From contig NIVC01000696.1 of the NCBI GenBank assembly GCA_002269645.1, positions 407,526-471,525 of the forward strand: 64,000 nucleotides of DNA. Reading direction: 5' to 3'. A model generated the notes under the pieces. That model ran no database searches. It had not been told where the DNA came from and saw only the letters and a list, made by a program, of their open reading frames with translations. A program made the position numbers and the translations under genes. Positions 1 to 12,969 of this stretch are shown piece by piece. The stretch comes from Macrostomum lignano. Lineage: Eukaryota. How positions within the stretch are numbered: the stretch's first letter is position 1; each line of letters opens with the position of its first letter.

Positions 1-1782
1 CGGTGCAAAAGCCGGGATTGAGTACGTCACCTGACCGTTGACGCCAGCGTCCCCATCGATGGCTTTTACTTGCAGAACCTTAACAAAATTTTTGACAAAT
101 TTTTATTAAAGAATTAGCATTCCTACACCGGTAGTATGTTATGTTCTCAAATTCTTTGTAAACTGCAACCGATAGCTGCGGATCTACTTGTTATGGCTAA
201 TTATATAGCTAACAAAGGTGACGAAGGTGACGAAGGGAAAGAAGATGCATTTGGTAAAGTGTGGGGAGATTGAATGGAAGGGGGGGGGCAGAAAGCTATT
301 GTGGCTGCGCTGTCTCCATACTAAATTCTCAGCTACTCCTGGAAACAAAGAGAACCGTGCGGTCATTTGTAGCAGAGTTGTGAAGAGTGAGAAATCCCTA
401 GCGAGGGCAATTCATCTCTCTGCTGCCCAACACTTCATCTCTATTCATCCACTACTTCGACGCCCACTTCTGCTGGCCCTGCTGGTACAGCTAACTAAAA
501 ATATCATCATGAAGCTGCAACTCCTCCAGGTTTTGTATGCTTGCTGCTTTGTCAACGTTTCTATGACAATGCATACCAAATTGAAAGGTGCTACAGTATT
601 GAGTTCATTGCTGATGGAGAGAAAAGCGAGAGTGAATACTATGCTCAAGAAATTGATTTTTATAGTAATGTTGCTCGTATTAGTTCGTCGTATTAGTACA
701 GACGTATTTCATAATTATGTCTGTCTCCCACAAGACACGCCGGATAGGTACAAAAAGATATTATAAAACTTAGTCTCCTTAACTCTATTTTCATGCTTTT
801 TGGTATGGCGAGGAAAGAAAGTTAAGGTGAAAAGCGTTTTCAGAAAGCTGGTCTCACGGAAGTTCCAGGCGTTGCATCTTCTCTAACGCTTGCCGAGTAG
901 CGCTGCTGCTCAAAGAGGGGCTGGTTGTCATTTTCATCAGCCACGCTAACAATCACCGACACTGTGCCGTTTCGACCTGGGATGCCGCCGTCGTAAGCAG
1001 CCAGGACCAGCTGGTAGGAGTCGCAAGACTCCCTGTCCAACTTTCGCAGCAGCCTGAGCCGCAGCTGTGTGTCACCCGCCGCGGAGACATCATGCTGCAG
1101 CTCAAACTCTGGGTGAAGAGGTGGCAGCAGGCGGTAGCCGCGAACGCCATTGGCACCCGCGTCGAGATCGTCAGCAGGTGGCAGGGTGCGAAACTCGCCC
1201 GGAGCGCTCGCCTCACTGAACTCGCGTGTCAGTTTAGGGGCGAGCCAGTGGGGCGCGTTGTCGTTGATATCGTTTACGGTGACCTCTACGGAGATCACGT
1301 AGGTGTACTCCCTGTCCGACTGCACCTAGATTGCGGGTTGTAGCCGCAGCTTAAATGACTTAGATGGCATTTTGTGTATTCAAAACGTTCGACTTCATCA
1401 CTCATAACTGCACCGTTCTCACCTGCAGCATCAGCCTGCAAGAGGTGACACTACGATCGCAGCAGGCAGCGGCATCGGCGCACATTCGGTCTCTGTCCAG
1501 CCGCTGGCTAACCAGCAGCCGACCGCTCCGGCTGGACAGCTGAAAGTACCGCACAGCCCCGGAAGGAGCGGAGTTGAATATCCGGAACTCCGGCTCCAGT
1601 CCCCGCGCCAGCCGGTGGCCACGGGCTCGCAGCGCTGCAAGCAGATCGGCCAGCTCGGTTCCCACGGGCACCTCCTCATCCACGAACGTAGCCAGCTCGA
1701 TGGAGGTCGATTCCGCCGCTGTCGGCACGACGAGGGCGGCAGCGAAGATCGCGCACAGAGAGATGGCGGCGGCAGTCCGCAT
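1..1782 (-). CDS. Protocadherin/cadherin-repeat protein, 5' part (exons 1782-1423, 1325-858, 78-<1; continues off the window)
   Basis: Hydrophobic signal peptide (MRTAAAISLCAIFAAALVV) followed by cadherin motifs DEE, LDRD, DINDNAP, ADDLDAG, LDRES, AYDGG, DENDNQP and AIDGDAGVNGQVTY. The GT-AG junctions join in phase 0 (MLQ|VQSDRE; PGTS|VLQVKAIDGD). Confidence 0.9.
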
Positions 1783-2956
1783 GAGTTTCACTGCAGCGTA
1801 GGGGAGCGGGAGCACCTCGATTTTGGCTTCCTCAATCCAGGTATTCCCCTGCTAATTAGGTGTTGAGGCTGAACAAGGTACCGGATGGAGGGAGAAAAAC
1901 TGTATTTCTGTTCAATACAGTTAATAGTCAGCCTGAGTTTCATTCATTGCATCGAGTACTCAGACAGTTTGGAGTAAGTCAATATCAGATTTGCGATTTT
2001 AGTGGTAAAGTTAGGTTAAAGAAATAAAGAAAAACAATAAAGAAATAAAGAGCGCATGGAAATACGAGTACAACGACACGCAGCGAATTAAGAACAGACT
2101 ATTCTCAGTTAATTAATTTCATTTTTAAATTCATTAATGGCAGCAACAGCGAACCAAATAAGAATCTAATTTTCATCTATTAGTTGGCGCGGGTCTGCAG
2201 CCCCAGCAAGAAGTCTATTAGCGCAGCTTCACAGAGAAAGACGGAGAGATGAAGAGCTGCAAGTAGAGGAGAATATGAGTGGGGGCGGATGGGTTAGTTG
2301 GGGGCAAGCTGGGCTACGGGATGAGGGAAGCCCACTTCCTCAGCCGCAGAGGATCTGAGATGAGGGAGGCTGGCTGAATCAAACAATGCCGGCCTGAATT
2401 GAAAGTCTGCGAGTAGAAGAAAGGAGAGAGAGGAGACTCAGAGGGATTCCTGCAAAGAGAGAAAAGTTGGGCAAAAAGTACGATCGTCAGCGTCGAAGCC
2501 CGTAGAGGGCTGGCTGCAAGTCTGCGGGCTGGGTTCAACAGACCTGGCTGAGCAGCTCGAACCCAGTCCGGATTTATGCATCCAGCTCAGCGTCGAATAT
2601 CTGAAGTGGCTGGATTGTGGGCAGAATTTCTTCCTGCTTCCGTGCTCAGCAGATTCTATTCAAGCGCCAGCATCCTTGTGGGACCTCCATCGTGGAGAAG
2701 TGTTTTCTTTGGTGGGTGCTTGAGAACAAGAGCTCTCTTTGTGGACTCTCCCCGGTCTTCTTCACTAGCAGCATTTACAACTGCTTTAAAAAAGACTGAT
2801 AATACATACAAAAATAGGAGAGCTAGGCAAACAGTTTCTGTAAGGTAAATGGGAGTAGCAGAGACTGTGGCTTGCGCTGATTGGCCAGTCAAGCGTTTGC
2901 CAGGTTTCCTGTGGGTAGTCGATTCGTATGGAATAGAAGTCAATTCGTAAGAATAT

Positions 2957-3487
2957 GTCAGTTCAACCCTAATTAGTTAGGGCCCGGTCAGTTCAACCCT
3001 AATTAGTTAGGGCCCGGTCAGTTCAACCCTAATTAGTTAGGGCCCGGTCAGTTCAACCCTAATTAGTTAGGGCCCGGTCAGTTCAACCCTAATTAGTTAG
3101 GGCCCGGTCAGTTCAACCCTAATTAGTTAGGGCCCGGTCAGTTCAACCCTAATTAGTTAGGGCCCGGTCAGTTCAACCCTAATTAGTTAGGGCCCGGTCA
3201 GTTCAACCCTAATTAGTTAGGGCCCGGTCAGTTCAACCCTAATTAGTTAGGGCCCGGTCAGTTCAACCCTAATTAGTTAGGGCCCGGTCAGTTCAACCCT
3301 AATTAACTAAGGCCCCATTCAGTTCAACCCTAATTAACTAAGGCCCCGTTCAGTTCAACACAAATCCAGGCCCGGTCAGTTCAACACAAATCCAGGCCCA
3401 GTCAGTTCAACACAAATCCAGGCCTGGTCAGTTCAACACAAATCCAGGCCCAGTCAGTTCAACACAAATCAAGGGCCCGGTCAGTTC
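2957..3487. repeat. 30-bp minisatellite (GTCAGTTCAACCCTAATTAGTTAGGGCCCG) grading into a 26-bp variant
   Basis: About 11-12 near-identical 30-bp units to ~3300, then CAGTTCAACACAAATCCAGGCCC(G/A)GT variants. Confidence 0.95.
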
Positions 3488-4391
3488 ATCTTGTGGCTTT
3501 GCTTACCTGAAAATGACGCAAGCCTAGTAACCCCAGAAACATATCCGCTGCCTCAAGTAATCAGGTAGTTGTCAGGTAAAGCCTTCTAAATAGCGTTTTT
3601 AGCGCTTATGAGAATCTATAGATAATAGCGCATACTACTCATTTAAGAATACAAATACTACCGATTTTCTCATTACATGGATACAAACTTGCACTGGACG
3701 ATAGTAGTTCATCCACTGTCCAGAGTAGCATCTACTACGGCTCTGGACTTTCCCTTTAGCCAATAGAAGTGTTTACCGAGCTCTGGCCAATTTTGCATGT
3801 GCGAACAGACATGCAGGCTCATGTCTACATCTCCCATTTTAATCTCTCACGCCACATCCTTGCGGTTCGGGCTTTGGGGTTTTGCATCGCCCCGCAGATC
3901 AAACAGGCTGGTGGCGCAGACTGGATAACAGGCTCAGTGCAGGATGATGGAGTGCTCAGAAATTTATTCCACTTTGCCTTATCTGCAGCTGGAACCGCGG
4001 ATGCTCACTTCAACCTCTTATAAATCTTTTGAAACTTTATTTTGAGCATTTTTGGCAGAGTAGGTAGGTTCTCTGAAAGTTTAAGCAACTAAAACCGAAT
4101 CGTGCTCACCAGTGCTCAGCAGCAGCGTCTGTGTAGATTAAATTAAAAATTCAGAAAATCAGGTATTATTCAATTTCAAATGCATCATGGACTGTGTTGG
4201 GATTTTCAAAGAAAAGCCTGCTACTACCAAACTTTAATAGGTGACAGATTTACACTGAAAATCGACTGTTGTTGGCGACGTGATGAGCTAGTTAGTTTTA
4301 TCCCCAGTCTGAAGCCTGAAGCAGCCAATCAGCGAAGGCGATGGGTAAGTGAGGGGGTTGAGGCCGCTGCACTCTCCAGTTAATAAAAAGC

Positions 4392-5886
4392 TCAGACACT
4401 TCATATCTCAGACACTTCATATCTCCGACACTTCATATCTCAGACACTTTATATCACCCCCCGACAATTCATATCTCAAACACTTCATATCTCAGACACT
4501 TAATATCTCAAACACTTCATATCTCCGACACTTCATATCTCTGACACTTCATATCTCCGACACTTCATATCTCAGACACTTCATATCTCCGACACTTCAT
4601 ATATCAGACTCTTCATATCTCCGACACTTCATATCTCAGACACTTCATATCTCCGACACTTCATATCTCCGACACTTCATATCTCAGACACTTCATATCT
4701 CCGACACTTCGTATCTCCCCCGACACTTCATATCTCAGACACTTCATATCTCCGACACTTCATATCTCCAACACTTCATATCTCCCCGACACTTCATATC
4801 TCAGACACTTCATATCTCCGACACTTCATATCTCAAACACTTCATATCTCCGACACTTCATATCTCAGACACTTCATATCTCCGACACTTCATATCACCG
4901 ACACTTCATATCTCAGACACTTCATATCTCCGACACTTTATATCTCGCCCCGAAAATTCATATCTCAAACACTTCATATATCCGATACTTCATATCTCCG
5001 ACACTTCATATCTCCGACACTTCATATCTCAGACACTTCATATCTCAAACACTTCATATCTCAGACACTTCATATCTCCGAAACTTCACATCTCAGACAC
5101 TTCATATCTCAAACACTTCATATCTCCGACACTTCATATCACCGACACTTCATATCTCCGACACTTCATATCTCAGACACTTCATATCTCCGACACTTCA
5201 TATCTCCGACACTTCATATCTCAAACACTTCATATCTCCGACACTTCATATCTCAGACACTTCATATCTCCCCCGACACTTCATATCTCCGACACTTCAT
5301 ATCTCCGACACTTCATATCTCCGACACTTCATATCTCCGACACTTCATATCTCAGACACTTCATATCTCCCCCGACACTTCATATCTCCGACACTTCATA
5401 TCTCCGACACTTCATATCTCAGACACTTCATATCTCCCCGACACTTCATATCTCCGACACTTCGTATCTCAGACACTTCATATCTCCGACACTTCGTATC
5501 TCCCCCGACACTTCATATCTCAGACACTTCATATCTCCGACACTTCATATCTCCGACACTTCATATCTCCCCGACACTTCATATCTCCGACACTTCGTAT
5601 CTCCCCCGACACTTCATATCTCAGACACTTCATATCTCAAACACTTCATATCTCCGACACTTCATATCTCCCCGACACTTCATATCTCCGACACTTCATA
5701 TCTCTCCCGACGCTCCATATCTCAGACACTTCATATCTCCGACGCTCCATATCTCAGACACTTCATATCTCCCCCGACACTTCATATCTCAGACACTTCA
5801 TATCTCCGACACTTCATATCTCAGACACTTCATATCTCAAACACTTCATATCTCCGACACCTCATATCTCCGACACTTCATATCGG
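4392..5886. repeat. 16-bp minisatellite (C[A/C]GACACTTCATATCT)n
   Basis: Roughly 90 tandem units visible directly; this explains the spurious 513-aa ORF. Confidence 0.95.
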
Positions 5887-6726
5887 ATAAACTGAGATAG
5901 CTAGGCCACTTTGTTTATCAGAACGGGTTGCAACCAGCGTATGCTTTCTATGCCTGGATTAGCTTCGACTGTTATGGCACAAAAATACCTCTACGATGCA
6001 TGATAAAAATACAGTTTACCGTTTTGCTGTCTCGCGAAATTGAGAGGCATCAACCTGTTTTCTTTAACCTACCTGCGACTGCTGCGCAGCAATGGCACAG
6101 AAATGAGGCAGTGGCTGCGCTAGAGACCTTGTGTTCTGTGCTCACGCATCTCGAGAAATCCCCCCTGCTGAGAGGCTAGCGGGCTTGAAGGCCTTGGTTG
6201 GAGCTTTTGGGTTTTCCTAATCGCCGAGAGTCTTAGAATTTTTTGCATAAACTGCGCCTGCGTCTGCCCCAAGCATTCTTCACCCGGTTCAGTGAGCTTT
6301 GAGAGTTCGAAGTGCCTGTCGTGGTGTTATCTAATGAGCATCTCCAATGCTTAACAGACAATGCTAGAGAGCGTTTGAGATTTGCCCACTCAAAATGAAG
6401 CGGGTCTTGCAGCTTCTATGCATTCTTCGCACTAATCTACTGTATTTTAATAGCAGCCGTCTCTTATTTGCAACCTTTTTATCTGGTTTTCAAAAGAGAA
6501 AGGATGCAAGGAACACCAAGCACGGATAGAATATTTCCATCAATTATTGTAACACAAACAGACAAAAAATGTTGAACATGTGCTTCAGCGTTACCTTTGC
6601 AAAAGTGCCAATGGTTGAATCCTTAAGGAGAGATTCTCTTTTTCTCTATGGAGATTGTGACCCACCAAGAAAGATTTGGCAAGAGATAATAAATCACTGT
6701 TATTAGGCAGTAGTTCTGGTTCTCTG

Positions 6727-9222
6727 TTAGCTCGTTGGCAAGGCACACTGGTCGATGGCCCGAATCAGATAGTCTACAAAGTTGACCTCGCTGCCCGCCA
6801 GCCCCCTGGGTCCGAGTTTTTCGCGGCGCATGTCGTTGCGAAACTGCAACGCCGTCTTGGCGGTCAGGCGGGCCATTTTGGCCGTCTCGCGCCCCTCTCT
6901 CAGTATCAGGCGGCGAAATTCGGACAACGTCATTCGGAACAGCACCGCCTCCGTCTGCGACACCGCCGTAGCCATGCGGCTGGGCAGTTGAGCGAGAACT
7001 TCAAAGTCGCCCAGCATGCCGTGACGGCTGACGCAGCTCCAGATCACCCGGGGTCCCGAGCCGAAGCCAGCAGAGGAAGTTTGCGGTCGCCGGCGACGCG
7101 GTCCTACGGCTGACTTCCTGTCGAACTTCGGGGCGCCACTGCTCGGCAGGACCGAGTAGACATTCTTCGCCTGCAGATGAAGCTCGTACTGCCCCGCCAG
7201 CCTCCTGGTATCCACGTACAGCAGCACCTCGCCGCTGAAACCCGGGTTTTGCAAAGCTTTGTTCCTTTACTCGTAGGATTTTCAGTTGAAATGTCAATCT
7301 TGAATTGCCATTGAATTGAGAAGCTTTTAAAAGTTATTTTACAAATTCTTCTAACTCGCAAACTCAAGCATCTTCATATTACAGGATATGCCGTAAGTCC
7401 GGGGCCCGACGTTTTAACGTTTAACGTTTTAACCGCAGGGGCCTCAGAGAGGTGAGAGGCGAGATGAGAGATGCGATGAAAGAAGAAGAGAAGAAGAAAT
7501 GAGAGAGAAGATAGGAGTAGATAAGAGAGGCGAGAGGAGAGAGGAAAGAGCAGAGCAGAGATATTAGGAGAGGAGAGAAGAGATGAGAGATGAGAGTAGA
7601 GAAAGGCGAGAAGAGGGTAGAGAGGAGAGAACTGAGAAGAGATATGAGAAGACACAAACCCTTAGCGGGCGGGATTGCTATTGTAAAGTTTTAAAGGACC
7701 CGAGGGCCGGATAGAGAGGTTTCGCGGGCCGGAGTTGCCGACCCCCGCCGTAAGTGATTTATTGTCCGGTCAGAAACACATAATTTTCTGCCCCCTTTAA
7801 CTTCGGAAAATTATAGCTTATATTAAAGCTATCCTGGCTTAGGGTGCAGGCTACGAGACAAGAAATGACAGCTTAATCGGCTTTACCTGACAATGAAATA
7901 GACGTCCTCGATTTTGTCACCCTGACGCACAATAATGTCACTATTGTTGTACTTCTGCTTCATCAGGGCTCGGATGAACTGCTGCTTCAGCTTCGGATTG
8001 AAATTGCTCACCAAGTGAAAGCTACTGGCAAATGATTCTCGCTCCTGCTCAAGCTTTTCTAACGAGCTCTCCAGGGTTCGCTGATACAATGACCTGGATA
8101 TCCGGATCATGGTGCACGAGTCCGAGCTGACAATTACATTTGCAGTTCGCACCACCTTGCGTAGGAGGGCGACTTCTCCAATGACGGCCCCTTCTGAATG
8201 AGATGCAGGAATGCACAAAATAAGTGAATAGAAAGTACGAATTAAAACGGCTTAACGAGTATTTAACCAGCTTTTATATATTTCTATCAAGGGAGCAGTC
8301 TCTATAGTTAATAATTGATATCGCTGCTTGTCAAACGCACTTACGCCCGACAACGCCGACCAATACGCCTAGTGCGTCACCGAACTCTTTGGCTCCTCCG
8401 TGAATGACGTCACCCTCCTTGCAGGCCGGCCCTTCTGAAGAGGACACGCGGACCTCGCACTCGCCCAACAGGATGATGTACATGAAGTCACCGTTCTCAC
8501 CCTGACGAATGAGCAGTTTACCTCGGGTCTGAGTTTCTAGCACTGAGTACTTGACCAATTCCTTCAGTACGTCTGTAAATGAGAAATGACGAAAATCCTT
8601 ATGGACTAGTTCCTTTTTTGTCAGTTGCAAAACTCAGTGGCTCAGAGGATGTCTATTCCGTTCTGTGTCGTACTTCAGAAATTAAAAAGGCCTCTGAACA
8701 AGTCTTCACAGATAAATAAGAAATTTGTTTCAGTGAACGACAGACGAGACTAAAGGAGTTGAAGCAGTTCAGTTGGAATGACGTCATTTTTTATCTACTC
8801 AAGTCCTTCTCCATCTGAAATATTTTTCTACGCTGAGATTGAAGTAAATTTATTGTGATGAGAAGTCTGTCTGTGAACTTCTAGCTGTGCTTCCGTTTGG
8901 TTGAAATATCTCGAACAGAATAGCACTTTACAATACTAGAGAACAAGATTTAAATCCTGTAACCAACAACGGGATCAAAGAATCGCCAAATCAGAGCCAG
9001 ACAGGAAGCACCGCTACCTTCACGCAAGGAAGAAAAAACATCGAATAGCATCTACTCACTATCCTCCAGCTCTCCCAGCACGCACATTTTTCCCCGCTGC
9101 GCCTCTGCTCGGGACAGGTCTTTGAACCAGGCCATGATCATCCGCATGTCGTCCTCGTTCCGCCGCTGCGGCTCTACCAGCAGGGCCCGGTTGACTCGCT
9201 CAGCTAGTAGCTCCGTGTCCAT
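6727..9222 (-). CDS. Cyclic nucleotide-binding domain protein (CNBD2-like); exons 9222-9060, 8572-8345, 8193-7887, 7234-6727
   Basis: cNMP-binding motifs LIRQGENGDFMYIILLGECEV, GAVIGEVALL...RTANV, IIVRQGDKIEDVYFIVSGEV and LGDFEVL...RMATAVS. All junctions are GT-AG with compatible phases (1,1,2). Confidence 0.85.
7399..7747 (-). mobile_element. Non-autonomous hAT-type MITE (family A) in a CNBD intron
   Basis: Exact 8-bp TSD CCGTAAGT (7391-7398 and 7748-7755), imperfect short TIRs and a purine-rich core; homologous to 37886-38217 in the opposite orientation. Confidence 0.8.
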
Positions 9223-9851
9223 AGTAACAGGTCGCCTCCGATAACTTTCCGCTATAGAGCCCTATGAGCCGATGGGCCTGGCTGATCTGCCTGGATGTGT
9301 CTCAGATTTGTACGCACCTTCATTTTATTCTTCTGCGCGCATCTTTTCGGACAGTTTTCTCTCCGTTATTAGCATTCATTTTCCATTGGTCTGAGAAGCC
9401 GCTTATGCAGCCTCTAATTGCCCCATTCTAGCGTTATGGTGGTTGGACAGCATTGAAATTACAGCAGAGGGCGCTTTCTGGTATTCCAGCAGCCTGCACT
9501 GAACCCTCGAATCCAGTAACCCAGCCTCACAAGCCTTCATCTATGGCAATCCACAAAAGTAATATTAAAAAGTTAAAACCCCATATTCTCTGCATGGAAT
9601 ACTGATTTCGTGGTGCAGATAAAATGATATTGGTTGGTGTTGCCGGATTGAACGTATGTGATGAAAAAATGCCACAGACAACTTTGGAGCCGGGCCGGGG
9701 CCGATAAGAGTTGCATTGATAAGTGTGCAGCTTTTGTTAATTCGTTCCTCGCTTAATTTAAAATCTGAAGAGTTAGGCGTAGATGAGCAACTAAGCCATG
9801 TATAGCGCATCTGGGGAACAGAAATTAGAGACCCCAAAGGAAACCGCCGAT

Positions 9852-11456
9852 ATGAAGCGTCGCTGGACCTTTAAGAGCGTCGTTCTTGGCGACAGCGGCG
9901 TCGGCAAGACGTGGCTTGTGGACACCGCGCTGGCGGGTCTGAGCGGCCAGGACGATCGAGAGAAAGACGCTGGCACGGATGAGGCGGGTGACCACAGTCA
10001 GGAAGCGGGAACTGTCGGTGTGACATTCAACCTGGCTAAGATGGAGTTGGAAGGAGGCAGCACAGTGATGCTGCAGGTGTGGGATACTTCAGGCAAGGAG
10101 AGGTGAGAACTGCTGCTCAATTCTGCTATTTTACTTCGAAGAAAAAGATTCAGATGTCTTCATCTAGCTCAGGTAGAGTCATCCAGATTCAGACTTATTC
10201 ATCTAGATCAGGTAGAGTCATCCAGATTCAGATGTCTTCATCTAGCTCAGGTAGAGTCATCCAGATTCAGATGTCATCATCTAGATCAGGTAGAGTCATC
10301 CAGATTCAGATGTCATCATCTAGATCAGGAAGGGTCATCCTGCAGAAAAATCGGGAAATTGGAAGTACGAGCGTATTTTACGTACCTAAAGTTCAAGAAG
10401 GCATCATCCAGATTCAGGTGTTTTTATCTAGATCAGATAGAGTCATCCAGATTCAGATGTCTTCATCTAGATCAGATAGAGTAATCCAGATTCAGATGTC
10501 TTCATCTAGATCAGATAGAGTCATCCAGATTCAGATGTCTTCATCTAGATCAGGTAGAGTCATCCAGATTCAGAAGTCTTCATCTAGATCAGATAGAGTC
10601 ATCCAGATTCAGATGTCTTCATCTAGATCAGGTAGAGTCATCCAGATTCAGATGTCATCATCAAGTTCAGGTATAGAGTCATCCAGATTCAGATGTCTTC
10701 ATCAAGTTCAGGTATAGAGTCATCCAGATTCAGATGTCTTCATCAAGCTCAGGTATAGAGTCATCCAGATTCAGATGTCTTCATCTAGCTCAGGTAGAGT
10801 CATCCAGATTCAGATGTCTTCATCTAGCTCAGGTAGAGTCATCCAGATTCAGATGTCTTCATCTAGCTCAGGTAGAGTCATCCAGATTCAGATGTCTTCA
10901 TCAAGCTCAGGTAGAGTCATCCAGATTCAGATGTCTTCATCAAGATTCCGAACGCTCGTAGTTTATACTCTGCGAGAATTTAATCGAAACAAAATGAACC
11001 CAACAACTATTCACTATCAGGTACCGAGGCCTCCTGGCCAACTACATGATTGACCTCAGCTGCGCGATCATTGCCTTCGATCCTTGCCGAGACTCGGCGG
11101 AAGCCTGCTGCGCCGCTCTGGCTGGCTGGCATCAGCTGGTGCTCGAGAACTTAAGCTGCGCTGCCACTTCGCCTAGCATTCTGTTCTGCGTGGTTGCCAT
11201 TTTCGGCTGCGATGCCGATGGTGGCGGACGGGGCGACAGTCTCGGCGGCAACGGCAGCAGTGGCGGCGGCTGCCGCGGATGCCGCTGCGACCACCTGCGC
11301 TGCCTTTCCGCAGGCCGGGCATTTGCCGAGACGCTCAGGGGCCGCTTCTTCCAATGCCGCCAAGTCCCTGACGCATGCGGCCGGCGCACCTGCCAGTGGC
11401 TGGATGGGCAGCAGCTCAGCGCCGCCTGGCTCGGCTGCGAGCTTCTGCGCCGCTAA
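9852..11456 (+). CDS. Divergent Rab-like small GTPase; exons 9852-10102 and 11021-11456
   Basis: FKSVVLGDSGVGKT (G1), TVGVTF (G2) and LQVWDTSGKER|YRGLLANY (G3 across a phase-2 GT-AG intron), then CAIIAFD. The C-terminal half is divergent. Confidence 0.75.
10147..10945. repeat. 39-bp minisatellite filling the Rab-like intron
   Basis: Unit CAGATGTCTTCATCTAGCTCAGGTAGAGTCATCCAGATT, about 18 copies, interrupted by unique sequence at ~10340-10400. Confidence 0.93.
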
Positions 11457-12969
11457 TTCTGTCCGCCATCACGGCCGCTGGTCAGGCTGGGGACGGCCGG
11501 CACTGCGGAGGAGGCACCGCTGAGACGGCGGCAGGCCAGGAGCTGCTGCCAGCTGCTGGCTACTCAGCTGCACTCGCTGCTGCGGCTGCCCGCCATGGCT
11601 TTCCTTCTGCTGCTCAGCCGCCGAGCCCCGGACCAAAAGTGAAGCGGCGGGGTTCCAAAGTGCTTACAATTGATAGTAGGAGTCACTGGTTCAGCCTGCG
11701 GTAATGAGCAACTTATAACAGACTGCGAACGGATTAACCTAAATTCTATTTTTATCACCTAAATCGTTATAGATTGCTGTGGCGCCTTCTAGAACTAACT
11801 GAGTTCTACTCGTGTCATTTGGTTTCGATTTTGTTTAACTTTTATTTACATGTAGTTCTTTACTGCAATCCATTCTACTAAAGTGCAACCATAATCAATA
11901 GGGCGCAAAATTGTATGGAATATTAAAAATTACAATGCACAATGCAAAATGAGCAGAAATTCTCTATTGTAATGAGCGATTCACCTTTTCGACGCGAATC
12001 CAATTTCTTATAATAATTTCTTCTTGAATCATTTTACCAAGTGCAGTGATTTTGATACAAATAAAACAAATAATTTACACCAGGCAATTTTGAATCGAGA
12101 TTGTTCAGGAAGCCTGTTTGAAGAGTTTTACTTCGTAACCAGAAGGTAATCGTATAAAACTGTAGTACATTTTCTGAAGTTGACATCACCGTACTATTTA
12201 GGAATGGGAATAAAGGGTGCTTGCTTCTCACCCCCTACCTTTGTGTTTTGCGCCTCACCAAATTCGAGCTGGGAAATCTACTTGGAATGGCTAGGAATGG
12301 CTTGGCGCTCTGGTTATAAAGAAGTTTGTACTCGGTCATTACGGAGCTGTCGTGAATAACTGGTATCTGGACTATCTGGTAAATTTGTGCTGGAACTGTG
12401 TGCTACGGGCAGTAAAATTTTCATGCCCAGTGAAAGTGAAAAACGCTGGTGCAGGATTTGAATTAGAGAAGACGCTGCAGGTGCAAAAAGGAGCTGAGAA
12501 CGCGGCATGCAGTTCATGTAAAACGTGTGTACAGGTAAAAAACAGGATGCACTTTTAGAGGAAGCACGCAAGCCAATTGTTTCTGGTCCAGAGGATCACA
12601 GTCAATCATTCAATTCGCATAAATTCGAGAGGAAAAGAACGATATAGCAGGCAAAGTTATTGAGGATAAATAAAGTTGGATAGCTGTGCAAATTTCGAAT
12701 CCAAATTTCTATTATCTGTCACTGAACTAATTACGAGCTAGTAATCAACTTTAGTCCATTTGGCTAGTGCCAGAACAATACAAATATTCTACTACGAGCT
12801 TGCTAGTTGATAAAAGTGGAAGTCCGATTCTACATAGAGAATCTGCAGCTTTGGAAGGCATTCGGTTTTCAAATAAAAATATTGTAAAAGTTGCAGTTAG
12901 TTCGCTGGGAAAACTTTTTACAAAATTGAAGCTGATTCAACACAGCTCAGCATTTACTGCGGCCAGCTG

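Noticed and set aside
218-766. 182-aa plus-strand ORF inside a protocadherin intron
   Set aside because: No recognisable motif. Other frames give broken protein-like stretches, so it may be a decayed insert, but nothing can be named.
953-1866. Antisense and alternative-frame ORFs over GC-rich exons (also at 6676-7367, 17068-17493, 36460-36976, 54090-55216)
   Set aside because: Expected shadows of GC-rich coding sequence; the annotated frames carry the conserved domains.
2656-2943. AVVNAA resembling a macrodomain motif
   Set aside because: A six-residue match with no following GGG/G-G-V motif; more likely protocadherin 5' UTR or upstream sequence.
4349-5890. 513-aa ORF of LHISDTSYLRHFISQT repeats
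   Set aside because: It is a by-product of a 16-bp minisatellite with no stop in any phase. There is no codon-level structure and the start is a non-ATG codon.
10079-11053. ORFs with MSSSSSGRVIQIQ repeats
   Set aside because: These are translations of the 39-bp intronic minisatellite lying between two well-supported Rab exons.
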